Assembly (NCBI GenBank): GCA_049317285.1 | Contig: JBMOIO010000005.1 | Span: 1 to 55,702, forward strand | Length of the DNA: 55,702 bases | Source: Minisyncoccia bacterium | GTDB taxonomy: Bacteria > Patescibacteriota > Minisyncoccia > Phycocordibacterales > UBA9973 | Direction of reading: 5' to 3' | Shown: positions 16,540 to 25,893 of the stretch, piece after piece | Layout of the letters: the number at the start of each line of letters is the position of its first letter | Position numbering within the stretch: position 1 is the stretch's first letter | Position numbers and translations under genes: made by a program | The notes under the pieces: generated by a model | What the model was told of the DNA's origin: nothing | Database searches by the model: none | The model's input: the letters and a program-made list of their open reading frames with translations, nothing else

Positions 16540-18018
16540 ATGGAACACACTGATACGAGCCTCGAATCCCTGCTCTGCCTCATACAGTACCCACTCAACA
16601 CGCTCGATCGAACCCTCATAGCACAGGCATACGACTTTGCTCTTTCAAAGCATGACGGGCAAAAGCGCAATTCCGGCGAACCGTACTTCACCCATGCGCT
16701 TGCCGTAGCACAAAACTGCGCCCGCCTTGGCATGGATATCGAGACTATTATTGCAGCACTCTTGCACGACACACTCGAAGACACTGATACGACAGAAGAA
16801 GAAATCAGCGAAGCATTCGGTGAACAAATTCTCTTTCTCATCAAAGGGGTCACCAAGCTTGGGAAACTGAAGTACCGCGGGCAGGAGCGCCATGTAGAGA
16901 GTATGCGCAAATTCTTTGTCGCCATGGCAGAAGACTTGCGAGTCCTTATCATCAAGCTCGCCGACCGCCTGCACAACGTGCAAACACTCGAACATGTCCG
17001 CCCCGACAAGCGCAACCGTATCGCCCTTGAAACAATTGCCGTGCATGCGGCGCTTGCGGGCCGGCTCGGTATGGGAAAGCTCAAAGGTGCGCTTGAAGAC
17101 TATTCATTCCCCTACGCGTATCCGAAGGAATATTTGAAAACAAAAATGATCATGGATACGGAGGTACAAGAAGGCCATGCGGTCATAGAGAAGGTGCACA
17201 CTGCTGTGCAAAAAACGATGGACGACTTTCATATCCAGAATACCGTCATCGAAAGCCGAGTAAAGCACTTGTATAGCTTGTATCGCAAACTCTTGAAAAA
17301 TAATATGGATGTCGAGCAGATCTATGACATTGTGGCACTTCGCATCAATGTCGACACTGTACCGGACTGCTACCAAGTACTCGGGCTCATTCACATGCTC
17401 TGGAAGCCTATTCCTGGCCGTATCAAAGACTATATCGCGCTCCCGAAGCCAAGCGGGTACCAATCAATCCACACTACCGTCATCACTGAATACGGTATTG
17501 TTGAAATACAAATCCGTACGCACGAGATGAACAAAGAAGCGGAAATGGGTGTAGCTTCGCACTTCCTCTACAAAGAAGGAAAGTTTACAAAAAGCTCACG
17601 TCCCACAAGCAAAAAACTTGGCTGGCTCGAAGAGCTCAAAGAATTTCAAAGTGTCATCAGTAAGCCGAGCCGTTTTCTCGAACAGCTCCAGATGGATATG
17701 TTCAAAAACCGCATCTTCGTGTTTACCCCAAAAGGCGATGTGATCGACCTGCCAGAAGACGCCTCCCCTCTCGACTTTAGCTTTGCAGTGCATTCAAAAA
17801 TGGGCGAACAGACAAGTTCCGCGCGCATTAACGGAAAGATGGCGCCTCTGGGAGCCAAGCTTCAAAACGGCGACATTGTAGAAATCGTCACACAGAAAAA
17901 TTCGCACCCTTCAAGCAAGTGGCTCGACTATGCAAAGACCACCATGGCCCGCCGCCGCATCCGCGCGTACATTGCCGAACACGGAGGACTATTAGAAAAA
18001 TTTTTGGTAAAAGAATAA
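16540..18018 (+). CDS. RelA/SpoT-family (p)ppGpp synthetase/hydrolase (HD, SYNTH, TGS; no ACT)
   Basis: HDGQKRNSGEPY, LLHD, KLADRLHN, KDYIALPK..YQSIHT, EIQIRT, FTPKG. Confidence 0.93.
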   Translation: MEHTDTSLESLLCLIQYPLNTLDRTLIAQAYDFALSKHDGQKRNSGEPYFTHALAVAQNCARLGMDIETIIAALLHDTLEDTDTTEEEISEAFGEQILFLIKGVTKLGKLKYRGQERHVESMRKFFVAMAEDLRVLIIKLADRLHNVQTLEHVRPDKRNRIALETIAVHAALAGRLGMGKLKGALEDYSFPYAYPKEYLKTKMIMDTEVQEGHAVIEKVHTAVQKTMDDFHIQNTVIESRVKHLYSLYRKLLKNNMDVEQIYDIVALRINVDTVPDCYQVLGLIHMLWKPIPGRIKDYIALPKPSGYQSIHTTVITEYGIVEIQIRTHEMNKEAEMGVASHFLYKEGKFTKSSRPTSKKLGWLEELKEFQSVISKPSRFLEQLQMDMFKNRIFVFTPKGDVIDLPEDASPLDFSFAVHSKMGEQTSSARINGKMAPLGAKLQNGDIVEIVTQKNSHPSSKWLDYAKTTMARRRIRAYIAEHGGLLEKFLVKE

Positions 18019-18025
18019 TAAGGAA

Positions 18026-18137
18026 GCAGTAGAAAAATATGCTTTTAAAAAGCATCTCGCAGGCTGACTGAGCCGAGAGTAGCAAAAAGCCAGCAGGCTT
18101 TTATGTGCGGTTTTTAAAAGTATGTTTTTATGACTGC
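18026..18137. repeat. MITE-like 112-bp element with imperfect terminal inverted repeats
   Basis: GCAGTAGAAAAATATGCTTTTAAAAA ... TTTTTAAAAGTATGTTTTTATGACTGC. Confidence 0.5.
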
Positions 18138-18148
18138 GACGTATCTAT

Positions 18149-19126
18149 TTATAAAGAAAAGTTTTTGAGATTGTAGAGGTCTTCCGTCTCTTCTTCCGCT
18201 TCGCGCACTTCCTGCACAGACCGGTCATCAAGCCCACTCACCTCCTCGCGCGCTTGGTACAGGGCTTCTTGTGCATCTTGTGGAATAATAGCTTCTGGCT
18301 GGGACTTGTTTGTAAACGCCGCCATGATTGTTTCAAGGTCATCATTTGAAAAGTAATCGATAGTGATCTTTCCACCGGCTTCTTTAGGTTCGATATGGAC
18401 ACGAGTACCCAAAGACTCCTGGAGCTTTTGCTCAATCACCATGAGTTCTGCATCAGGAATCAATGCATGCTTTCGCACCTTATCTACCGCTATACGCCGT
18501 GCAATACGCTCTGCCTCGCGCACAGTAATCTTTCTAAACATAATTTCCTTAAACAAAGTAGTTTGCTCTTCGGGACGCGTTGCAAGCATCAACAGTGGTC
18601 GAGTATGCCCTTCGTTGATCTTTCCCGCTGAAAGCGCATCGAGGATTTCTTGCGAAAGCGAAAGTAGTCGAATGGAGTTTGAAACATATTCGCGACTCTT
18701 CCCCATTTTCTGCCCAATCTGCGTATGAGTGAATTTAAATTCGTCGACAAGGCGTTGGAAGGCGCGAGCGCGCTCCACACCGTTTAAGTCTTCGCGCTGG
18801 AGGTTCTCGATAATAGCCAGCTCAAGCTTCATCATGTTGTCATCCCCCACGCGAATAATCGCCGGTACCTGTGAAAGGCCTGCAAGCTTTGATGCGCGCA
18901 GTCGTCGCTCTCCTGCAATGAGCTCGTATTCAACGATCAGTCCTCCGTCAGGAGTTTCTTTCTCTACACGAGAAACAGTCAAGGGCTGGAGCACACCGTA
19001 CTGTCGGATAGACTCTGAGAGGTCTTTCAATGGCCCTTCTTCGAATTCTCGACGGGGCTGAAAGGGGTTGGGCTGAACCTTTTCGATATCGATAAAGAAG
19101 ATGGAGTTGCTGTATAGTTCGGACAT
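18149..19126 (-). CDS. parB: ParB/Spo0J partition protein
   Basis: PNPFQPR, GVLQP, LIAGERRLRA, IENLQREDL. Confidence 0.95.
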   Translation of the reverse strand: MSELYSNSIFFIDIEKVQPNPFQPRREFEEGPLKDLSESIRQYGVLQPLTVSRVEKETPDGGLIVEYELIAGERRLRASKLAGLSQVPAIIRVGDDNMMKLELAIIENLQREDLNGVERARAFQRLVDEFKFTHTQIGQKMGKSREYVSNSIRLLSLSQEILDALSAGKINEGHTRPLLMLATRPEEQTTLFKEIMFRKITVREAERIARRIAVDKVRKHALIPDAELMVIEQKLQESLGTRVHIEPKEAGGKITIDYFSNDDLETIMAAFTNKSQPEAIIPQDAQEALYQAREEVSGLDDRSVQEVREAEEETEDLYNLKNFSL

Positions 19127-19202
19127 GGCAATAGTGTACCATAGCGGACATGAAGAAAAGATTTGAAAAAATGAGGAAAAACTGTACTATGGTGAGACAC
19201 AG

Positions 19203-19285
19203 GCCAGTGTGGCGGAATGGTAGACGCGATCGACTCAAAATCGATTACTCGTAAGGGTGTGGAGGTTCGAGTCCTCTCTCTGGCA
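19203..19285 (+). tRNA. tRNA-Leu(CAA)
   Basis: GCCAGTGTGGCGGAATGGTAGACGCG ATCGA-CTCAAAA-TCGAT, long variable arm, GGTTCGAGTCC. Confidence 0.95.
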
Positions 19286-19491
19286 CAAATATAAAAAACC
19301 TCTTCGGAGGTTTTTTATATTTGTGCGAGGACTCGAACGGGAAAGGGGTCGGGAAAACGGGAGTTTTCCCGTGGCGGAGGCAGTGACCAGAGGGAACGTT
19401 GGAACCGCTGGGTTCCAAAGCGCAGGCTCCAGCCGAGCAGTGAGATTCCTCTTTTGTATGGTTAGTAACTTGTGACAGAGTCCTTCTCTCC
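19283..19491. repeat. tRNA-Leu 3'-end mirror structure
   Basis: 20-bp TTCG hairpin 19283-19326; inverted T-arm copy GAGGACTCGAAC 19327-19338; hairpin-rich spacer; degenerate direct copy GAGTCCTTCTCTC from 19478. Confidence 0.65.
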
Positions 19492-19506
19492 TGTTATAGT
19501 TCCCCT

Positions 19507-20328
19507 ATGCAAAAACTGATAGTAGTCTGCGGACCAACCACAACAGGCAAAAGCGACTATGCCGTAGCCCTCGCAAAAAAGATCGGCGGTGAAATCATCT
19601 CAGCCGACTCGCGCCAAGTATATAAAGGGCTCGATATCGGAAGCGGAAAAATCACACAAGAAGAAATGGGCGGTATCCCCCACCATTTGCTTGATGTCGC
19701 CGACCCACATCATCCTTTCTCGGTTGTAGAGTATAAAGCACTTGCTGATAAAGCGCTCCAGGAGATTATTGCGCGTGGCAAAACTCCTATCATCGTCGGC
19801 GGTACCGGATTTTATATTGATGCGATTATTTGCGACACCGTCTTCCCTGCCGTTCCTCCAAATCATGCACTGCGCAAAGAACTCCATGAGAAGCCTATCG
19901 AAGAACTGCAGACACAGCTCCATCAGCTTGATCCGCGCCGATATGAGCTAGTCGACAAACAAAATCGCCCGCGCCTTGTTCGAGCGATTGAAATAGCGAC
20001 TGTCCTCGGCTCGGTACCAGAACTCCAAAAGACAATGCAATACGATGTCGAGTGGATCTATCTGGATTTCCCGGACGAAGTGCTCAAAGAAAGAATCCAT
20101 ACCCGCCTGATGAAGCGCCTTGAAGGAGGGATGGTGGAAGAGGTTGCAAAATTACATGAAGACGGATTGTCCTGGGGTCGCCTCGAGTCATTTGGATTGG
20201 AATACCGCTCTATAGCAGAGATGTTGCAAGACAAACACGACAAAGCCGAAATGATCAGTATGCTCGAACAAGCAATTTGGCAGTATGCAAAGCGGCAAAG
20301 AACCTGGTTCAAAAAATATGGGAAATGA
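19507..20328 (+). CDS. miaA: tRNA dimethylallyltransferase
   Basis: GPTTTGKS, SADSRQVY, PHHLLD, VGGTGFY, YAKRQRTWF. Confidence 0.96.
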   Translation: MQKLIVVCGPTTTGKSDYAVALAKKIGGEIISADSRQVYKGLDIGSGKITQEEMGGIPHHLLDVADPHHPFSVVEYKALADKALQEIIARGKTPIIVGGTGFYIDAIICDTVFPAVPPNHALRKELHEKPIEELQTQLHQLDPRRYELVDKQNRPRLVRAIEIATVLGSVPELQKTMQYDVEWIYLDFPDEVLKERIHTRLMKRLEGGMVEEVAKLHEDGLSWGRLESFGLEYRSIAEMLQDKHDKAEMISMLEQAIWQYAKRQRTWFKKYGK

Positions 20329-20355
20329 AAATACTCCGTACGGAGTATTTTCATT
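20324..20355. terminator. 32-bp perfect palindrome, likely bidirectional terminator
   Basis: AATGAAAATACTCCGT|ACGGAGTATTTTCATT between convergent miaA and tRNA-Trp. Confidence 0.7.
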
Positions 20356-20488
20356 GTGCGGGCGATAAGGGAATCGTCGTCAAAAGACACTTCTATTTTT
20401 GTAAACAAAAATATGTCGCCCCTGCCAAAGGTTTTAGTGTGCGTTACAAGCAACCGCACGGAGACCAACGTTACATTAAACTACTCTG

Positions 20489-20560
20489 CGGGCCCACAAG
20501 GACTCGAACCTTGAACTACTCTTTTGGAGAGAGGTATTTTACCATTGAAACTATAAGCCC
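20489..20560 (-). tRNA. tRNA-Trp(CCA)
   Basis: GGGCTTATAGTTTCAATGGTAAAATA CCTCT-CTCCAAA-AGAGT ...GGTTCGAGTCCTTGTGGGCCCG. Confidence 0.92.
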
Positions 20561-20616
20561 ATATAGCTTCGAAACTATAACAAAAAAGTGGCTTGTTAGC
20601 CACTTTTTTGATTCCT

Positions 20617-20646
20617 TGTCCCGCGAAGCCTTTCGGCGAAGTGGGA
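20617..20646 (+). repeat. REP-like hairpin repeat, copy 2
   Basis: TGTCCCGCGAAGCCTTTCGGCGAAGTGGGA abutting the rpmG stop. Confidence 0.6.
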
Positions 20647-20805
20647 TTACTTCTTTGATTCCTTGAAGGTGATAACCTTGCGGAGTTTCTTGGAGTATTT
20701 CTTGAATTCGAGTTTGATACCCGCAAGCTTCTTTTTGTTCTTGCTGGTCCAGTAGGTTTCCCCTGTCTCTTTATTTGTGAGTTTTACGATGTTTACCTGT
20801 GACAT
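20647..20805 (-). CDS. rpmG: 50S ribosomal protein L33, Cys-free type (absent from the ORF track)
   Basis: MSQVNIVKLTNKETGETYWTSKNKKKLAGIKLEFKKYSKKLRKVITFKESKK. Confidence 0.92.
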   Translation of the reverse strand: MSQVNIVKLTNKETGETYWTSKNKKKLAGIKLEFKKYSKKLRKVITFKESKK

Positions 20806-20951
20806 AGTGGCAAAACTATAGCATACAGGCTCCCCTAGAGCAAATAACCCCTTACTTGACTTTTTGCCTAATATATGCTATTATATATATAAATAAGCCG
20901 AACCTGTCCGGCTATAGCGACAGTATTGAAAACAAAATAAAACCAAACCAC

Positions 20952-22250
20952 ATGAACGTACAGAGTATTAATTGCAATACTGCAACCATTGAAGAATTAA
21001 AAGCTGCATTCAGAAACCGCACCCCTATTTCAGGGATTACGCTTCTTGCAACCCATTACGGACCTCATATTGATGAGATTCGAGCATGCTTTCTCTTGCA
21101 GGTAACCGCGCAAGGCACAGCACAATTTCCAGGGATTAAAGAAGCCTCTATTGGATTCCTGGGCGAAACAAAGCTTCGCGCAGGTGGCTGGATTGGTGAA
21201 GAAGGATTTTTCAAAGCAATGCAAAACGGCATATTGTTGTTAGGAGTCGGACATGGTCTACTAGACGAACACAAAAACCGTAAGGACAAAATTTCTTGCA
21301 CAAACCTCGTAACAAAATTACTGGATTTGAAAAAAGAATATGATAATCGTTCATTATATGGACCAATGACATGCTATGTAGATTACGAAGATCAATATAG
21401 TGATAACCTTATCAAAGCACTGAACGATAAAAATCCTGCTCACCGATTAAATCCAGATGAAACTGATATCCTCAAGCTCATGCAACATGGAATGCTTGCT
21501 TTTAATACAAAGCAGGGATTCGAACAGGCGGGTGAGAATATAGGAGAAATGATAAAAATCGTCGATTCTGTGTATCAATTCTTTCAAAATGAACTACAGC
21601 AAAGAAAGCTTTTTCTTGCTGCAGACAAAGCATTTGAAAAAGAGTGGAGAAACCTTATTCCTGTTTCTATTCCAAAAAGGAGTGAAAAGTTTTTCATTCT
21701 TGAAATGAAAAGCGATATTCCTGCAATCAGTAAAGTAGCTTTCTCAAAATGGCCTGAATCAAAAAAAGAAAAGCTTGCCGTTCTTTTCCTTCGTAAAAGA
21801 AACGGGCAATTTGTTCTCATGCCCAGTCGCCGCATTGATAAAAACGCAATGACAGAAGTTGTAAAAATTCTTCGTCAGAAAGTAAACTTTGCACGCGAAA
21901 AAGCCAGAATTGATTTTTGGGAGATTGGAAAAGAAGGTATCATTGATATGGTGCCTGAAATCCATATCGCTGAACAAACGGGTATCATATCAAATGGCTC
22001 TAAAGTAGATCCTGAAGTTCCTGGACTGATTGGGCCAGTACTGTCGGTACGCGATGTCATTGATGCTATCACCATTGGATTAAAAGGAGATTATTTTCCT
22101 CTACGATTCGAAAAGGAATGTAGAAACGGCGTTTGTGTAAAAGGAAAATGTCCGCTGTATCAAGCTGGCTTGCAGCGTTGTCATGACGTTCGCAATAAAG
22201 CGAAAGAACAAGGACAGTTTGGTGTATTAAAAGAACTGAAAACTGCATAA
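20952..22250 (+). CDS. hypothetical protein with MYG1/DHH-like metal-binding motifs
   Basis: THYGPHIDE and GVGHGLLDEH; own promoter (TTGACT 20856) and terminator (about 22256-22288). Confidence 0.6.
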   Translation: MNVQSINCNTATIEELKAAFRNRTPISGITLLATHYGPHIDEIRACFLLQVTAQGTAQFPGIKEASIGFLGETKLRAGGWIGEEGFFKAMQNGILLLGVGHGLLDEHKNRKDKISCTNLVTKLLDLKKEYDNRSLYGPMTCYVDYEDQYSDNLIKALNDKNPAHRLNPDETDILKLMQHGMLAFNTKQGFEQAGENIGEMIKIVDSVYQFFQNELQQRKLFLAADKAFEKEWRNLIPVSIPKRSEKFFILEMKSDIPAISKVAFSKWPESKKEKLAVLFLRKRNGQFVLMPSRRIDKNAMTEVVKILRQKVNFAREKARIDFWEIGKEGIIDMVPEIHIAEQTGIISNGSKVDPEVPGLIGPVLSVRDVIDAITIGLKGDYFPLRFEKECRNGVCVKGKCPLYQAGLQRCHDVRNKAKEQGQFGVLKELKTA

Positions 22251-22328
22251 TGCAGGACGGGAGCGATTTATCGCTCCCGTTTTTTTTATTTGCCTATTCC
22301 CCTCTCTCCGTGTTACAAATAATGAGCT

Positions 22329-22850
22329 ATGACCAAATCTCCTGAACGCAAAAAAACAAAGCTCGCAAAAGTTGCCGATAAGGCGACAAAATCCATCGGC
22401 TCAATGCCGAGCTTGTTTGTGCACTCTGTCATATTCGCGAGTGCCTTTCTTCTTCCTGTCTTCGGTATGGTGCCGTTTGAACAAATGCTTCTCATCCTCA
22501 CTACAGCGCTCTCACTTGAAGCAATCTACCTTGCTATCTTCATCCAGATGTCTGTAAACAAAAACACTGAAGACATTGAAGATATTCAGGAAGATGTGGA
22601 AGAAATCCAGGAAGATATTGAAGAGATTGAAGAAGATGTCGATGAGATTCAGAAAGACGTCGACGAGATTCAGGAAGACATTGAGGAAATTGAAAAGGAT
22701 GTCGACGAGATTCAGGAAGACATTGAGGAAATTGAAGAGGACGACAAAGAGGAAGACACTCAACAAAAGAAAGAATTTGAAGCGCTCGCTTCCATTCAAG
22801 AAATCCTCACCAAGCTCCAAGGAGAAATCGAACAGCTCAAACAGAAATAA
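22329..22850 (+). CDS. DUF1003-like membrane protein with an acidic heptad-repeat coiled coil
   Basis: Two TMs, SLEAIYLAIFIQMSVN, then (I/V)xxIxxD heptads. Confidence 0.8.
   Translation: MTKSPERKKTKLAKVADKATKSIGSMPSLFVHSVIFASAFLLPVFGMVPFEQMLLILTTALSLEAIYLAIFIQMSVNKNTEDIEDIQEDVEEIQEDIEEIEEDVDEIQKDVDEIQEDIEEIEKDVDEIQEDIEEIEEDDKEEDTQQKKEFEALASIQEILTKLQGEIEQLKQK
22569..22742 (+). repeat. 21-bp coding tandem repeat
   Basis: About 8 heptads; exact 36-bp duplicate at 22659-22694 and 22701-22736. Confidence 0.85.
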
Positions 22851-22896
22851 AACAAAGAGAGCCTTTCGTTAAAAACGAAAGGCTCTTTTATTTTAT

Positions 22897-23160
22897 TTAG
22901 ATTGCTTGATAGACAAGTGATATCCAGATTATTCCAGTTGGAATATTAAAAAATGGATATGCACTTTTACACTTAGTGGCTTCAGCAAATACGAATAACC
23001 ATACAATAGCTGCAGTAGCAGCAATAAAGAGTCCAGTTGGACTTGTTTGTACAGATGGGACAACAGCAAGAAATATACAATAAGCAATACTAAGAAAAAA
23101 CAATACTACGGAATTCTTTTCCGGAGCAGTAATCTGAGTTGTATGTGCCATAATTTTCAA
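22897..23160 (-). CDS. small membrane protein
   Basis: Three hydrophobic segments; TTGACT-17-TATAAT promoter at 23204-23176. Confidence 0.6.
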   Translation of the reverse strand: MKIMAHTTQITAPEKNSVVLFFLSIAYCIFLAVVPSVQTSPTGLFIAATAAIVWLFVFAEATKCKSAYPFFNIPTGIIWISLVYQAI

Positions 23161-23206
23161 GGTTTAATTTAATACATTATAGCACCAATATTCCAAAAAG
23201 TCAATA

Positions 23207-23767
23207 TTACACAATACGAGCAGCCCCTTGTCGAATAACCGTCATTTCACCATTCTGAAAGCTAATAATGGTTGATGGCTCCCCTTCTACTACACCTGCG
23301 TCTTCATAGTGGTCAACACTATCTCCAAAATATGCCTGGGCTTCATCGATAGTTTTTGCTGGTGGCTCCCCTTGTGGGTTCGCACTTGGTGCAACGAGTG
23401 GTCCCGTTTCTTTCAGTAGCTCTATGAGCTCGCTATTATCAGGCATGCGAAATGCGAGCGTATTTGTTCCGCGATGCAGGTAGGAAAATTGCACTTGGGT
23501 TTCTGTAGGTAAATGCAGAATAATAGTCACGGGGCCAGGCCAGAGTGTTTCAATTTTTTCTTTCTCCGCGATAGAGAGATTTATACCGAACTCTTTCAGT
23601 GCTTCAATAGTGGGAATCAAAATAATAAACGGCTTGTTTTCATCGCGACCTTTTACTTCGTAAATACGACTTACAACACTCTCGCAAAGCGCTCTTCCGA
23701 CAATGCCGTACAGTGTATCGGTTGCGATGATTGCTATTTTTTCTTCTTTTAAAACTTTTGCGAGCAT
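23207..23767 (-). CDS. tsaC: threonylcarbamoyl-AMP synthase (Sua5/YrdC)
   Basis: TDTLYG, KGRDENKP, WPGPVT, PSANPQG, PSTI. Confidence 0.93.
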   Translation of the reverse strand: MLAKVLKEEKIAIIATDTLYGIVGRALCESVVSRIYEVKGRDENKPFIILIPTIEALKEFGINLSIAEKEKIETLWPGPVTIILHLPTETQVQFSYLHRGTNTLAFRMPDNSELIELLKETGPLVAPSANPQGEPPAKTIDEAQAYFGDSVDHYEDAGVVEGEPSTIISFQNGEMTVIRQGAARIV

Positions 23768-23823
23768 ATATTTAAATTAGAATTCAATTTACCCGACTCC
23801 GGCCCTGGGAAGGCCTCCGCTGG

Positions 23824-23877
23824 GTGATTGAATTTAAAATATAATACGCAAACGCATTATATTTTAAATTCAATCAC
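23824..23877. repeat. 22-bp perfect inverted repeat mirroring the ychF 3' end
   Basis: GTGATTGAATTTAAAATATAAT 23824-23845 / ATTATATTTTAAATTCAATCAC 23856-23877. Confidence 0.85.
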
Positions 23878-24966
23878 ATCCCCGTCTTTGACGATGTACT
23901 CCTTCCCTTCGGTGCGCACGAGCCCTTTACTTCGAGCGTTTGCATAGCTTCCGCTTTCCAAAAGATCGCTCCAAAACACCACTTCAGCACGGATAAACTT
24001 GTCTTTAAAGTCCGTATGGATTGCTTGTCCTGCAACCGGAGCCGTGCTTGCTTTAGGAATGGTCCACGCGCGGGTCTCTTGCACTCCTGTAGTAAAGTAT
24101 GTTTCAAGGTTAAGGAGCTTGTACGCTTCAGCAATGAGGTTGGTCACCCCGTCGTCGTGCGCTTCCATTTCTTTGCGCATCTCTTGTTTCTCCGCACCTT
24201 CAAAATCTTTCAGTTCGTCTTCGATTTTTGCATCAATCACGACAAATGCCGAACCGCTGGCAAGAATTGTGTCAGTGAGCTCTTTGAATTTCTCTGGATC
24301 GGTTTCGTCGAGATTCGCGGCACCAGAGCGCTTGTTGAGCCCGTACAAAAACTTTTTCATGGTGAGCAAGTTCATCATCTTTGCGATTTTTGCTTCTTCT
24401 TCGGTCATCTCGACCGTGTTTGCGAGCTTCCCTGCTTCAAGCGCTTCTTCTATGCGCGCAAGGACTGCATCTTCGGCAATTGAGGGCTTGTCACCTCGCT
24501 TTACTTCGCGCACAAGGTTGGTACGGCGCTTGGTCACTGTTTCAAAGTCCGCCAAGATAAGCTCAAGGTTGATGACGGTGATGTCGCGAAGCGGATCTAC
24601 AGAGCCGTAGACATGCGCGATTTCTTTCCCGCCTCCCACTATCGGGAATAAGCGCACCATTTCAAGCACAGCATCGCATTCGCGGATATTTGCGAGGAAT
24701 TTATTCCCGAGCCCTTCCCCCTTTGATGCGCCTTCCACAAGCCCTGCAATATCGACAAATTCGATAGCTGCGGGAATTGTTTTGAGCGTTTCAGAAAATG
24801 CTGCGAGCTTGTCCAGGCGCTCATCGGGCACCGGCACAATACCGACTGACGGGTCGATAGTACAAAACGGGTAGTTCTCCGCAGGAACGCCCTTTTTAGT
24901 GAGCGCATTAAAGAGTGTTGATTTGCCGACATTAGGCAGTCCGACAATGCCGATTGATAGTCCCAT
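23857..24966 (-). CDS. ychF: redox-regulated ATPase YchF
   Basis: GIVGLPNVGKST, NYPFCTIDP, DIAGLV, GKEYIVKDGD. Confidence 0.97.
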   Translation of the reverse strand: MGLSIGIVGLPNVGKSTLFNALTKKGVPAENYPFCTIDPSVGIVPVPDERLDKLAAFSETLKTIPAAIEFVDIAGLVEGASKGEGLGNKFLANIRECDAVLEMVRLFPIVGGGKEIAHVYGSVDPLRDITVINLELILADFETVTKRRTNLVREVKRGDKPSIAEDAVLARIEEALEAGKLANTVEMTEEEAKIAKMMNLLTMKKFLYGLNKRSGAANLDETDPEKFKELTDTILASGSAFVVIDAKIEDELKDFEGAEKQEMRKEMEAHDDGVTNLIAEAYKLLNLETYFTTGVQETRAWTIPKASTAPVAGQAIHTDFKDKFIRAEVVFWSDLLESGSYANARSKGLVRTEGKEYIVKDGDVIEFKI

Positions 24967-24967
24967 A

Positions 24968-25270
24968 TTATTTTCCGAGCAACTGCATCAATGGTGCAAG
25001 CTCTTCGCGATGTTTTGAGATTTCGCTTTTGTACTTACCCATCACTGTCACTGCTGCATATGCTTCTGGCATGCCGGCGTCAGTCTTTTCTTTTATTTCC
25101 TTTTGTACCTTTTCAAACAAATTCTTGATTTCCGGGTTTTGCTCGAGCGACTTCAATGAATTCGCCAATTGCGGATTTTCTGCCATCGCTGTCGCGATCT
25201 TTTCTGCCTGATCTTTCGGTACACCCTTCATCTGAAGAGTCTTTTTCACTAAAAATGATTTGATTCCCAT
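24968..25270 (-). CDS. hypothetical protein
   Basis: 100-aa ORF directly upstream of ychF with a leaderless-type promoter. Confidence 0.75.
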   Translation of the reverse strand: MGIKSFLVKKTLQMKGVPKDQAEKIATAMAENPQLANSLKSLEQNPEIKNLFEKVQKEIKEKTDAGMPEAYAAVTVMGKYKSEISKHREELAPLMQLLGK

Positions 25271-25308
25271 AGGGGCACTATAGCAAATATCTGTGTATAC
25301 TAAAAGTC

Positions 25309-25893
25309 ATGGCGACAGCCCAAAAACTCCTGGAGCTCCACAAAAAACATGCTAAAAGCAACACGTGCGGGCTGAAAAGCACAGCAAAGCAAGCAGTATT
25401 TGGCGACGGAAATCCCTCTGCCGAAGTGGTATTTGTCGGCGAAGCGCCTGGCAAAAAAGAAGACGAGGGTGGCAGGCCTTTTATCGGAGCTTCTGGCAAA
25501 CTCCTCTCTGAAATGCTCGGTAGCATTAAGATGAGTCGCGAAAACATCTATATCACCAACATCGTCAAATACCGCCCGCCGAATAATCGCGACCCACTTC
25601 CCGAAGAGAAGGAATCATGCAAGGCATGGCTCCACGCCGAGCTCTCAGCAATCAAGCCAAAGCTTATTGTCTTCTTGGGCCGGCACTCCATGAACCACTT
25701 TTTTCCGGATGAAAAAATTTCAACTGCGCATGGAAAACTTATCGTTAAAAAAATACCCGGCATCGCAGCCGAGTATTTTCTCCCCCTCTACCACCCTGCT
25801 GCAGCGCTGTACAATGGCGGATTGCGAGAGGCGCTACTAAAGGATTTCAAAAAAATCCCGCGTATTCTAAAGAAGATTTCAAAAGCTAGTTAA
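25309..25893 (+). CDS. uracil-DNA glycosylase, family 4
   Basis: VGEAPG, GRPFIG, TNIVKYRPPNNRDP, YHPAA. Confidence 0.93.
   Translation: MATAQKLLELHKKHAKSNTCGLKSTAKQAVFGDGNPSAEVVFVGEAPGKKEDEGGRPFIGASGKLLSEMLGSIKMSRENIYITNIVKYRPPNNRDPLPEEKESCKAWLHAELSAIKPKLIVFLGRHSMNHFFPDEKISTAHGKLIVKKIPGIAAEYFLPLYHPAAALYNGGLREALLKDFKKIPRILKKISKAS

Noticed and set aside
19257-19475. Short ORFs overlapping tRNAs or mirror structures (also 8776-9024, 20277-20666, 20481-20726, 47302-47644, 54691-55113)
   Set aside because: They translate tRNA or repeat sequence and are not credible proteins.
22569-22742. CRISPR or non-coding repeat
   Set aside because: It is an in-frame 21-bp coding heptad repeat without spacers.
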